Shown piece after piece: positions 18,733 through 28,259 of a DNA stretch of 64,000 bases (position 1 is its first letter; every line of letters starts with the position of its first letter). The notes under the pieces are model-generated. The model was given only the letters and a program-made list of their open reading frames with translations, was not told the DNA's origin and searched no databases. Both the position numbers and the translations under genes were made by a program. This DNA comes from Longimicrobiales bacterium (GTDB lineage Bacteria; Gemmatimonadota; Gemmatimonadetes; Longimicrobiales; Gaopeijiaceae), in the NCBI GenBank assembly GCA_965219445.1, contig CBDCNQ010000005.1, positions 224,001-288,000 on the forward strand. Reading direction: 5' to 3'.

Positions 18733-20003
18733 TGCCGGGGACCGGCCCTGGGGACCAGGACGTCGGACGTGAACCAGATGCGCAGGCGATGGCCCGCGCG
18801 GATCGTGATCGTGGGTAGCCGGTTCAGGAACCGGTCGAGGATGGAGTTGGCGCTCTGGCCGAGGCCTTGGCCGACGCCCGCCCTCAGGCCGAACGGCGAA
18901 CCGCCGGCCAGGGCGAGTCCGCTTACGACACCGACGGCTCCGGCGGCAGCGAACGTGCTGAAGTAGTGGCGGTCGACCTGGTCCCGAAGCGCGCCCTCGC
19001 CCGCCTGGTTGAGGCCGGTGAACTCGAGGTCGATCCAGCTGCCGTCGGGGAGCAGCAGCCGGTGGAACGCGACCGCGAGCCGACTCTGGTCCGGGTCCTG
19101 AACGGCCCGGGCCGTGCCGACGACGCGTGCGCCGCGCGGGATCAGGACCCGCTGGCGGTCGGCCGAATAGAACGGGACCGAGACCATGGCGAGCACCGGT
19201 CCCGGGAAATCGCCCGTGAGCTGCGTGAGCAGCACCGCCTCGAGGAACGAGCCCTCGTAGATCCGCTCCCAGCCCGGCGGGTCGGCGGGCCGGACGCTCC
19301 GGCCGGGCTGAACCGGTCCCGGTGCCGGACGGGAGGCTTGCTGCCCGGACGCGGGCGCCGCAGCAGCAGCGATGCCCGGGGACCCGAGGAGAAGCTGCTC
19401 CGCAGCCAGCTCGCCCTCGAGCGCCCCGAGCGACTGCTCGAAGGAGGCGAGAGCCGCTTGGACCGTGTTCTCGAGGAGCGCCACATCCGCGTCGGCCGCA
19501 TCGCCGGTGCCGGCTTCGGACGACTCCGCGGTCGCGTTCGGATCCCTGTACGACTGAGCCACGGGAAGGGCACGGAGCGAGCGGGTTCTTCGCTCCAGCT
19601 CCTCCAGGCGAAGCGCCTCCCTAAGCTCCGACTCGGCCGCGCTCACGCCTGGGATCAAGGCTGCGGTGTTCGGCGTCTCCGACTCGGTCTGGAGCCGAGC
19701 CATTTCTTCGGCGGCCGCGGCCTGCCGGCGCTCGAGCTCGGCGCGCGCCCGGGCGGCGGCCTCCAGAGTCTGCCGCTCGGCCTCTTGCCGAATGCGCGCC
19801 TGGAGCGACCGTCCCATCCCGTCGTCGACCGCCTGCGCCTCGGGCAGGGCTACGAGAGTGTCGGCTTCCTGGGGACCCGTCATCGCCCACGAGAAGAGGA
19901 GTCCACCGACGAGCACGGCGATCAACACCACGCCCGCCTTCGTCACGATGCCGCCCGGCAGCGCGCCTTCGGGCGGCGAGACCCACTGCTTCCAGCGGCT
20001 CAT
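18729..20003 (-). CDS. virB10: VirB10/TrbI
   Basis: GSFLEAVL, LIPRGARVVG, DQVDRHY, PTITIRAG. Confidence 0.9.
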   Translation of the reverse strand: MSRWKQWVSPPEGALPGGIVTKAGVVLIAVLVGGLLFSWAMTGPQEADTLVALPEAQAVDDGMGRSLQARIRQEAERQTLEAAARARAELERRQAAAAEEMARLQTESETPNTAALIPGVSAAESELREALRLEELERRTRSLRALPVAQSYRDPNATAESSEAGTGDAADADVALLENTVQAALASFEQSLGALEGELAAEQLLLGSPGIAAAAAPASGQQASRPAPGPVQPGRSVRPADPPGWERIYEGSFLEAVLLTQLTGDFPGPVLAMVSVPFYSADRQRVLIPRGARVVGTARAVQDPDQSRLAVAFHRLLLPDGSWIDLEFTGLNQAGEGALRDQVDRHYFSTFAAAGAVGVVSGLALAGGSPFGLRAGVGQGLGQSANSILDRFLNRLPTITIRAGHRLRIWFTSDVLVPRAGPRQ

Positions 20004-20866
20004 CGGAGCCCGTCCCTGGGCGTGAACCGCCAGCTGGCCCGCTTGTCGCCGATCTGGAGCCACCCGTCGGCCAGCACGTGGCGGGCGATGTAGAGGCCGT
20101 CCTCACTGAGGTCGTAAGCGACGAGCGCCGGCTCCCCGTCCCGGAGCTCATAGAGCGCGGGCGACTCCTGCGCGCGGGACCGGAGATAGGTGAACTGCCC
20201 GTCGTGCCACATCGCTTCGACCAGGAACGGGCGATCGGAGGCGTCCCCGTCGAGCCGGTACTCGAACGCGAGACGCTCCGGATAGCCGGCACGGAACTCC
20301 TCGATCGCCGACTCAGCCTGCGACCGGGCCTCCAGGATGCCGGCCTCGGCCGCCTCCCGGGCACTCCTCGCCGCCTCGGCCGCCTCGGCGGCCATCTGTT
20401 GGTAGGCCGCGACCTCGCTCCGCGCGACGAACGCGGGACGGCCGCTGCCGCCGCCGGACAGTCCCGTCTTCTCCGCGCCGGACTCGACACGAACGACCAG
20501 ATGGGGCGGCCCGTCGCTGTGCTCGGCCACCAGGAACGAGTAGATGCGCCCCGATTCGCAGACGAGCGCGATATTCGTCGCCGCGTCCGGCCGCAGGGGC
20601 TTCAGGAACGCGACGTTCGCGGCGCCGGTCAGGTGCCAGTACTCCGAGTCGCCGACCACGAAGTCCAGGATGTTCTCATCGGCGGGGAGCACGATCACCG
20701 TCGTGTGACGGACTTGGGTGCGGAGCCGGTGGATCCGGTTCTCGCCCTCCTCCGGGATCGGCACCCGCAGGAACGCTTGGTCGTCCTCCTGCTGGGCGGT
20801 AGCCGCGACAGGGAAGGCAGCCAAGAGAAGCGTCAGGAGAGCCATCGGTTGCAATAGGGATCGCAT
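20000..20866 (-). CDS. virB9: VirB9/TrbG
   Basis: Signal peptide, TTVIVLPADE..VGDS, WHDGQFTY..PALY. Confidence 0.88.
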   Translation of the reverse strand: MRSLLQPMALLTLLLAAFPVAATAQQEDDQAFLRVPIPEEGENRIHRLRTQVRHTTVIVLPADENILDFVVGDSEYWHLTGAANVAFLKPLRPDAATNIALVCESGRIYSFLVAEHSDGPPHLVVRVESGAEKTGLSGGGSGRPAFVARSEVAAYQQMAAEAAEAARSAREAAEAGILEARSQAESAIEEFRAGYPERLAFEYRLDGDASDRPFLVEAMWHDGQFTYLRSRAQESPALYELRDGEPALVAYDLSEDGLYIARHVLADGWLQIGDKRASWRFTPRDGLR

Positions 20867-20872
20867 GGCGTA

Positions 20873-22710
20873 TCAGCTCCTTGCGTTGGGGGTGGGGGTG
20901 GGATCGTCTCGGCTCGCGAGAACCTCGAGGGCCCGGGCGAGCCCGTGACGCTCGACGGCCCGGGCCCTCTCCTCGGCGTCGAGCGCGGACGAGGTGTAGA
21001 GCCAGTAGCTCTGGGGATCGACCTCGAGCCGGAGCACGGCGGCCCCGTCAGGGCGGCGCAGATAGAGTTCGCGCTTCGGGATCAGGCCCCGGACCTGGGC
21101 CAGCTCCGAGTCGCTCAGCCGGAAGAGCGCCCCGACCGCGTCGGGGAGTTCGGGGTTCGCGAGGAAGAGCTTGGTCGGGATCGACTCGAGGAGCGCCGCA
21201 GCACCGGGCGTAGCCGTCACGTCGACCGCGGACTGCGTGGCGAGGACCAGCGCGGCGTTCTTCTTCCTCCACGTCTTCGCCGCCTCGGCCAGGTAGTTCA
21301 GTACGGCGGGGTCTTGCAGGTAGCGCCAAGCCTCGTCCACGACCATCAGCTTCAGCCGCGCCGCCTCGGACGGATCCTCAACCTCCAGGCGCATCCGCTC
21401 GAGCAGGTAGGAGAGCGCCGCGTCGCAGAGATCCGGATGCTCGACCGCACCCGCCAGATCGATCACCTGCCAGTCGGCGAACTCGAGGTCCGGCGCTCCG
21501 ACGGCCGGGTTATCGAAGTACGCGCCCCACGCGCCGCCTTGGGTCCAACGGCTCCAGGCCGGCCACGTCGCGGACGGAAGCGACCCAGCCAGGACGCTCA
21601 GCGTCCGCCGCTCCGGCTCGAACGCATACAGATCCTCAATGCGCGCCCGGATCTCGCTCGTATCCGCTCCGCTCGCTTCCCAACCGCCGAGCTTCAGCAG
21701 CCGTAGCACCCAGCCCGTCAGGAACTGGAACGTCCGCGTGCCCGCCGGGAGCGCGAACGGCTGAAGCCGGAGCGTCGGCTCCGCCTCGCCTGGCGAGAGC
21801 TCCAGGTAACGGCCCCCGAGAAACCGGGTCAGCCAACGGTAGGAGCCGCCCAAGTCCAGAATCAGGACGCGCGGGTCGTACCTGAGAGCTTCGACCAGGA
21901 GGAAGTTCAGTGTGAAGCTCTTGCCCGAGCCCGTCGCGCCGAGCATCAACGTGTGGCCCACATCACCGGCGAACAGGTCGTAGTGGTACGCCGTCCTCCA
22001 CGGGGTCTCCAAGACCGCGAGCGACTCGCGACCGAGGTGACGGCTCCGGGGCGTCCCCCCGTGGCGGCCCGAACAGCGGCGCCAGGCACGCCGCCACTCC
22101 GGCCGACACGAACACCCTTCGCACCTGCCGCCCGCGGGGCTGGGCCGGCAGCCGCGAGAACCAGGCCGGCAGCTGGCCGTAGCCCTCCCGGATCACCTTC
22201 GCGTCGTGCGCGGCGAACAGCCGACGCAGGTCGCCGTCCAGCCGCTCGATGCTTCCCAGCTCGCCGTGGAGCGCCACGGTCAGCGTCGCCTCGCCGTAGC
22301 TCACCCCGTCCGCTTCCAGCTCGACCAGCGCCTCGCCCAGACGGTCCGACTCCGTGGCCGCGGCCGAGTCGACCATCGCGGCGGCCGTGCCCTCCGTCTC
22401 CTGCACATGCGCCATCATCGAGTAGCGCCTGGCGAAGTAGTGCCGCTGCGCACCACGGATCCGGCGCCTCGCCGCTTCCATCGCCCACGGCCGCCACTCG
22501 AGCGAGACCGTCATCACCGCGTCCAGGCAGTAGAGCTCCCGGAGCAGGTTCGCGTAGGCTTGGCCGGGCGGGGACAGGAGCGAGTACAGGATCACGGGCT
22601 CGCCGTCGAGCCGCAGGTGTCCTCGCTCCGCCTCGAGTTCCGAGAGGGCGAGTCGCCAGTTCATACCGCTCCCCGTCGCGCCGTCCCACACCGTGCCCGG
22701 ACGGTTGATC
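20873..22710 (-). pseudogene. virB4: VirB4 ATPase, 5'-truncated, with a one-base frameshift in the C6 run at 22055-22060
   Basis: GHTLMLGATGSGKS, VVDEAW, LATQS; deleting one C joins the two ORFs (PRGTPRSRHLGRESLAVLET). Confidence 0.88.
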
Positions 22711-23269
22711 TACTGTCTATCCTGTCCCTATGTCATCATAAGTATATGACCTGTAGTTATTTATGTATGCAGTAGTTTCTGGTCCGACTCGTTTCTATCG
22801 TATGTGATCCCGTATAATTGGCGGGCGATTACACGGGAGCTTACGGTACGTTCGCGGAACCCGTGACGGGTGCTCCCTTGGGCGTCGCGGGCGTCGCGCG
22901 GGGCTGAGGAAGACCCGGCAGATGACGACGTGGCGATCCCGAAGGTTGGAATCTCGTCGCGACGGCGAGGGCGTTCGGGAACGTACTGGCGAGGCGCCTC
23001 TAGTCACCCCGCCGAACGCTTACTGAACGGACGTGTCAGCCCCGGATCGCCACGCGCCCGAGCGCTAACGCCATCTGACCGCCGACTCCTCCTCCCCTGG
23101 GATGAGGAGAACCCGAGCAGAGGCGTGACGAACCACTTGTCGGCCCACGCTCCCTAGCACTACCCCGGGGAGCAACCCCCGTCCGTGGGTGCCCATCCCT
23201 CTCTGCCAACTTACGTGAGACACGGAGCAGCTAAGGAATTAGAGTAGGGCGAAGGCAGAGAAACCGAGG

Positions 23270-23719
23270 ATGCTGAGACACCGAGAGAGAATGAAAGAGA
23301 ATGGAATAGCCCCACCAACCTGGGACGGTAAGCGAAGCGCGGCAGCTCCTGCGGACTCGGAGGTGGTAGATAGGCCGCTGCGCCGGCGGTTCGCTCCGTC
23401 GTACAAGCTGCGGATCGTCGAAGAAGCGGACCGGTGCACGGAGCCCGGAGAGGTTGGCCGACTCCTACGGCGGGAGGGCTTGTACTCGTCGCACCTGACG
23501 ACATGGCGCAAGGCGGCGCATAGCGGGTCCCTGAAAGCGCTGTCGAAGAAACGAGGCCGTAAGCGCGAGCGCAATCCGCTGGAGGAGAAGGTGCGCAAGC
23601 TGGAGCGCGAGAACACTCGCCTCGAGAAGGAGCTCCAGAAGGCGCACTTGATCATCGACGTCCAGGGAAAAGTTGCAGGGCTGCTGGGATTGAGCCTCGA
23701 GGACGGGACGAACTCATGA
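23270..23719 (+). CDS. IS3 OrfA
   Basis: RRRFAPSYKLRIV..LLRREGLYSSHL; slippery G-GGA-AAA at 23665-23671. Confidence 0.88.
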   Translation: MLRHRERMKENGIAPPTWDGKRSAAAPADSEVVDRPLRRRFAPSYKLRIVEEADRCTEPGEVGRLLRREGLYSSHLTTWRKAAHSGSLKALSKKRGRKRERNPLEEKVRKLERENTRLEKELQKAHLIIDVQGKVAGLLGLSLEDGTNS

Positions 23720-24520
23720 AGGCGACCCAGGAGCTAGCCAAGCACGTAGGGGTGAAGCCCGCGTGCGATGCGCTCAGGGTGCCGCGAGCCACGTTCTACC
23801 GTCGTCGGAGTGCATCGACCGGGCATCAGCAGCCCCGCCCGACCCCCGCCCGGGCCTTAAGTGAGAGGGAGCGGGACAAGATTTTCGACACCCTGTGTTC
23901 GGAGCGGTTCGTGGACCGGTCCCCAGCCGAGGTGGTGGCGACGCTGCTCGACGAGGACGTCTACCTGTGCAGCGAGCGTACGATGTATCGCGTTCTGGCT
24001 TCCCAGGTGCCGGTTCAGGAGCGTCGAGCGCAGCGGAGTCATCCCAAATACCAGAAGCCCGAGTTGATGGCGAGGGGCCCGAACCAGGTCTGGTCCTGGG
24101 ATATCACCCGGCTGCTGGGGCCGAAGAAGTGGAGTTACTTCTACCTCTACGTGATCCTGGACATCTTCAGCCGCTACGTCGTGGGATGGATGGTGGCGGA
24201 TCGGGAGAACTCTGCCCTGGCCAGCCGGCTGATCCAGCAGAGTTGCTTGAAGCATGGCGTCCAGCCCCACCTCCTGACCCTGCATTCCGATCGAGGGGCT
24301 CCGATGACGAGCCAATGCACGGCTCAACTACTCGCCGATCTCGGCGTGACCCGCTCGTTGGGCCGACCCCAGGTCTCGGATGACAATCCGTTCTCCGAGG
24401 CTCAGTTCAAGACCTTGAAGTACCATCCCTCGTTTCCCGGCCGGTTCGGGGATCAGGGGCAAGCCAAGACCTTCTGTCGCTCGTTCTTCCGTTGGTATAA
24501 TGCCGAGCACCGCCATGGCG
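23716..24520 (+). pseudogene. IS3 OrfB (rve DDE), truncated
   Basis: WSWDIT, LHSDRG, DNPFSEAQFKT; diverges from copy 2 after EHRHG. Confidence 0.88.
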
Positions 24521-24843
24521 TTCGAGTCGGCTTCCGGGGGGCGGATCTTGACCCCCGGACGGCGAGCGTCGGTGCTGATCGGCGAGTGCACATGAGACAA
24601 CGGGGTGCATGTGCACCGAAACGCCTTTTCGATGTGCGCGCCAGCGCTCCCTTATGTGGCTGCCTGTCTTACAGTTGCGGCACGGCCGCCGGAGCGGCGA
24701 CGCCGCTCCGGAGCTTTCGGCCGAAGAAGGGAGCGACCCCCCGGATTCGATGCCTCGATCGGCATCGCGGAGGGTTGGCATGTGCACACCCATGCCACCC
24801 TCCCACGGGGGTCGCTCCCCTCCAGCAATCCCTAGCGGGAAGG
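24514..24843 (+). repeat. Structured element, copy C
   Basis: Homologous to 598-918; main stem 24729-24741/24807-24819. Confidence 0.85.
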
Positions 24844-24974
24844 CCATCAAGCGCCGCTGCGAGCGCGGCGTATCAACGAATCCGGCCGCCGGTCGCGGCT
24901 TTTCACCAGCTAGGTGGCTCGGCAAGTCGTCCCAGTGAGGTCGGCGTCGGCGCTCGACCAAGCCCGAAACTGCC

Positions 24975-25050
24975 CCGAGGTGGTTGAGGTTGCCGCCGAT
25001 GCGCGCGACCTGCCGGCCGCGTGCGCGCCATGGCCTGCCGGAGCGCGGGC
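24975..25050 (-). pseudogene. mobC: MobC-type relaxosome accessory gene remnant
   Basis: LRQAMARTR and RQVARIGGNLNHL in adjacent frames; resembles the MobC RIGNNLNQ motif. Confidence 0.5.
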
Positions 25051-25225
25051 GTCCAGGGGATCGAAGGGGGCGGAGCCACCCTCGCCAGCCCCTGCCGGGG
25101 ACCCGCGAAGCGTGGCCCCAAAGGGTAGGCTGGCTCATGACTGCTAACGGGTCGTGAGCCAGCCTTCGCGCCCCCGCTCTTCAGCGCCTGACGGACTCGT
25201 CCGCCCACACTGCGAGCGCGGCGGA

Positions 25226-26431
25226 TCAGCGAGCCGGTTCGGCCTCCGGGTCGCGACTCTTGTCGGCCAGGTACGCCGCCCAATCGTCCATCAGGACGCG
25301 CCTGCGCTCGAACAGATCCGAACGCGCGTAGGCAGCTTCCACCTTGTTACGAACCGCATGCGCCAACGCGGCCTCGGCGACTTCACGCGGTGCGTTGGAA
25401 CACTCGCCGCACCAGTCCCTGAAGCTCGACCGGAAGCCGTGCGGCACGGCCGCGATACCCAGGTCTCGAAGCAGCGTGGAGAGTCTGCTGTGGGCAGATG
25501 CGCGGCCCTCCGGCGACGGGAAAACGAGACCGCTGCCGCCGCCGAGCGTCCGCGCCTCGCTCAGTATCTCCACAGCGCGCCCGGACAGCGGCACCCTGTG
25601 GGGGCGATGGGCCTTCGTGCGTTCGGCGGGAACCGTCCACTCTCGAGCCTCCAGGTCGATTTCATCCCAGTGCGCCAAGCGAACCTCTCCCGAGCGGGCC
25701 GCCGTCAACACCAGGAACTCGAAGGCGAGTTTCGTGGCCGGGTAAGCGTGCGACTTCCGCACCGTCTCCATCGCGCCCGCGACCTTCGAGTGATGCAACG
25801 CGCGCATGTGCCGGACTACGGCTTGCTGTCGGCCAAGCGCTTGACCGAGCACATCGCTGGCGGGGTTGTCCGGCCGAAGCCCCATCGCCACCGCCCACTT
25901 CATCACCGCCCCGATGCGCTGGCGCACCCGCCGGGCAGTCACCTGCTTGGCGTGCCAGATCGGTGTCAGCACCGCCAGGATGTCGGCTGTCGTTATCTCG
26001 CCAACGGGTCGATTGCCCAGCTGTGGGAACGCGTAGACGCGCAAGCTGGAGACCCAGTCCTTCTCATGCCTGGCGCTGCGCCAGCCCGGCCGCAGCTGTT
26101 CCAGAACACGGTCGGCCGCCTCGGCGAACGTGGGCATGTCCCGGACCTTGTGCCGCTCGGTCCGCGGATCGCCGCCCGAGCGCGCGATCTTGCGGTTCGT
26201 GAATGCCTTCTCGCGCGCCTCGGCCAGCGATACCAGCTGGTAGCCCCCGAGCCCCAGCGTGCGGTTTCGGCCCTGGATCCGCAGACGCTGCTCCCATCGG
26301 CGCGCGCCCGATCGGTCCACGCGCAGATAGAGGCCGTTCCCATCGCAGTAGTATCCGGGCTTGGCGCTACGCACGAAGGCCGTGCTGAGTGCGTTATGCG
26401 GTCGCCTGCCTCGGTGTTTGGGCAAATCCAA
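25226..26431 (-). CDS. P4-like tyrosine integrase with an arm-binding domain
   Basis: DGNGLYLRV..GLGGYQLVSLAEARE, LTAARSGEV, PHGFRSSF, LAH..AAY. Confidence 0.93.
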   Translation of the reverse strand: MDLPKHRGRRPHNALSTAFVRSAKPGYYCDGNGLYLRVDRSGARRWEQRLRIQGRNRTLGLGGYQLVSLAEAREKAFTNRKIARSGGDPRTERHKVRDMPTFAEAADRVLEQLRPGWRSARHEKDWVSSLRVYAFPQLGNRPVGEITTADILAVLTPIWHAKQVTARRVRQRIGAVMKWAVAMGLRPDNPASDVLGQALGRQQAVVRHMRALHHSKVAGAMETVRKSHAYPATKLAFEFLVLTAARSGEVRLAHWDEIDLEAREWTVPAERTKAHRPHRVPLSGRAVEILSEARTLGGGSGLVFPSPEGRASAHSRLSTLLRDLGIAAVPHGFRSSFRDWCGECSNAPREVAEAALAHAVRNKVEAAYARSDLFERRRVLMDDWAAYLADKSRDPEAEPAR

Positions 26432-26592
26432 TACGTGAGTCCCCGTATAAAGTATCGTATGTTATATACGGGAACATAGTGGACACACAGCGACAGTGCA
26501 ACCGGGAGCGTCCTACATAACTCACTGTGATAGCTATAGTTATAGAATCTTATCAGACACATATGGATTGCATTGGAATCTATATGTAGCAG

Positions 26593-26909
26593 ACGGTGGA
26601 TCAGGTCCGTTATGGGCGAATAGCGGTAGCGAGCTGTTTTTTGTGGACGCCGACCGGAGATTGATCGTAGCTGAAGTTGAGACGGATTCGGAGATCCGGA
26701 TTGTTCAGAGGGAGACGCTCTTCACTATTGGGCCGGAATACCGGCTCGGTGGGCTCAGTGGGGGCAGTGACTTTTACGACATCGCGCCCGACGATCAGCG
26801 GTTCCTCATGGGACGATTTGCGGGCACGGCAGCTTTGAGTGGCGATGGCCGGAGGTTCATACTCGTCCAGAACTTTTTCGAGGAACTGGAGCGCCTGGTG
26901 CCCAATTGA
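26593..26909 (+). pseudogene. C-terminal fragment of a Ser/Thr kinase-type TolB/PD40 propeller protein
   Basis: DGGSGPLWANSGSELFF...YDIAPDDQRFLM...VQNFFEELERLVPN; starts at the right att core. Confidence 0.7.
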
Positions 26910-26951
26910 CGGGGGCACCGGACTCGCGCGTATTGCGTGGAGGGTTGGTTA

Positions 26952-27767
26952 ATGCCCCAAGTGCTGGTCGTGGGACGCCTCCTGGCTTTGGCCATGCTGG
27001 GGTATTTTGTGCTGATCTTCGCCCTTCAGCGCCGGATAGCGTTCCCCGGAACCCTCCGCGGTTCTCCCCGCCCAACGGCGTTCGCCCCGCCGGGCGTCAC
27101 CCAGGTGTGGCTCGAAGCCTCATTCGGACGGGTCGAGGCCTGGTTTTTCAGGGCCCAGGGAGATGTTCACAGGCCGACCATCATCTTCGCACACGGCAAC
27201 GGTGAGTTGATCGAGGATTGGCACAGCGATATGGAGCGCCTCACGGCAGCGGGGCCGAACGCACTCCTCGTGGAATTCCCAGGATACGGTCACTCTGGAG
27301 GCAAGCCGTCCCGCTCGAGCCTGCGCGAGACCTTCACGCTTGCGTTCGATTGGCTCGTTGCACGAGACGACGTAGACGCCGACCGCATCGTCGCACATGG
27401 AAGGTCGTTGGGCGGGGGTGTAGCGGGAGATCTCGCTTTGACTCGGCCTATCAGCGCCTTGGTTCTCCAGTCCACGTTCAGCTCCGCAAACGCGTTCGCG
27501 AGGCAGAACTTGGTCCCCGGCTTCCTGGTGCGTGATCGTTTCGACAACCGGCGCGCTGTTTCCGATTTCTCAGGCCCCGTCCTCCTGATGCATGGCATCC
27601 GCGACGACGTGATTCCCTATGCGCACGCGGAGGCGCTCGCGGCTGCACGTGAGGGACTCGATATCACCGACATGGATTGTGCACACAACGACTGCGCGCC
27701 CCTATGGCCTGAGGTCGTGGCGTCACTGACGGCATTCCTCCGGAGTAACGCGCTGCTGGACGGATAG
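26952..27767 (+). CDS. Alpha/beta hydrolase (ABHD17/BEM46-like)
   Basis: HGNGE, PGYGHS, GRSLGG, HGIRDDVIP, HND. Confidence 0.88.
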   Translation: MPQVLVVGRLLALAMLGYFVLIFALQRRIAFPGTLRGSPRPTAFAPPGVTQVWLEASFGRVEAWFFRAQGDVHRPTIIFAHGNGELIEDWHSDMERLTAAGPNALLVEFPGYGHSGGKPSRSSLRETFTLAFDWLVARDDVDADRIVAHGRSLGGGVAGDLALTRPISALVLQSTFSSANAFARQNLVPGFLVRDRFDNRRAVSDFSGPVLLMHGIRDDVIPYAHAEALAAAREGLDITDMDCAHNDCAPLWPEVVASLTAFLRSNALLDG

Positions 27768-27777
27768 ATACTCAGCC

Positions 27778-27960
27778 TTACGGCTCGCGAATGACCCCAT
27801 AGCTCTGTACCTGCAATCCGGAGTCGGTTTGGCGCCCGACCACCCACACCTTGGCGCCCACCTGGCCCCGAAGCACGTCGGGGACTGCGTTTAAGCGGAC
27901 CGTCTCCTCCCCGGCAATCGTGAACGCGCCGTCACGCTCCTGGAGTAGTTGGACTCGCAC
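27778..27960 (-). pseudogene. C-terminal fragment of a hypothetical protein
   Basis: Protein-like GAKVWVVG..VQSYGVIR tail with no credible start. Confidence 0.4.
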
Positions 27961-28007
27961 TCGAACAGCAGTTCTGTCTCTGCATCTTTGAAGAGCCCCC
28001 TCCTTGT

Positions 28008-28193
28008 GTGGGCCGATGCGTCGTTGGGATCGCGCTGGCGGTTGGGGCCAGGGTCTGGGCGATAATCGACGCCTCGTTGACAGTGAAGAGAAACAACGCT
28101 GCGGGCCAAGGCACGATTTCGGGGCTGCGAATGTTGCCGATGCTGGGCCAGAACGGAGCGGGGCTGGGCGTACACATCCCGACTCGTTGGTGA
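28008..28193 (+). pseudogene. 3' remnant of a probable cassette gene preceding attC-1
   Basis: Membrane-protein-like tail; stops 35 bp before GCATAAC. Confidence 0.35.
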
Positions 28194-28259
28194 TGTTCAG
28201 ACTTCGGAGGCGGGCCGCCCAAGCTTCTGCATAACACTTATCAGGCCCCCGGAGTCAAG

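Larger units (their letters stand above)
7701..22710 (-). mobile_element. Integrative conjugative element, truncated at the right
   Basis: Co-oriented int, xis, relaxase-like, ardC, virB11, T4CP and virB8/6/5/10/9/4; GATTCCCGC direct repeats at 7758-7766 and 7772-7780 near the left end. Confidence 0.85.
23197..24520 (+). mobile_element. IS3-family element, copy 1, 3'-truncated
   Basis: Appears identical to 31765-33331 up to CATGGCG at 24514-24520. Confidence 0.9.
22700..26602. mobile_element. Small integrative (mobilisable) element with a P4-type integrase
   Basis: Core repeats GACGGTTGATC (22700-22710) and GACGGTGGATC (26592-26602); shared arm-like CCCGTATAA (22809, 26442) and TATCGTATGT (22796, 26453); AT-rich ends. 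Confidence 0.75.

Noticed and set aside
22055..22060. Phase variation or programmed frameshift in virB4
   Set aside because: The gene is already truncated. Similar 1-2 bp indels at ~30810, ~34910 and ~62500 suggest sequencing error or decay, and reads are needed to decide
23716..24987. 423-aa transposase with a novel C-terminal domain
   Set aside because: The tail is read-through into non-coding element C after a deletion
7790..26431. Either tyrosine recombinase being the integron integrase
   Set aside because: One has a P4 arm-binding domain and the other is ICE-type with a Xis partner; neither shows the IntI-specific insertion or an adjacent attI
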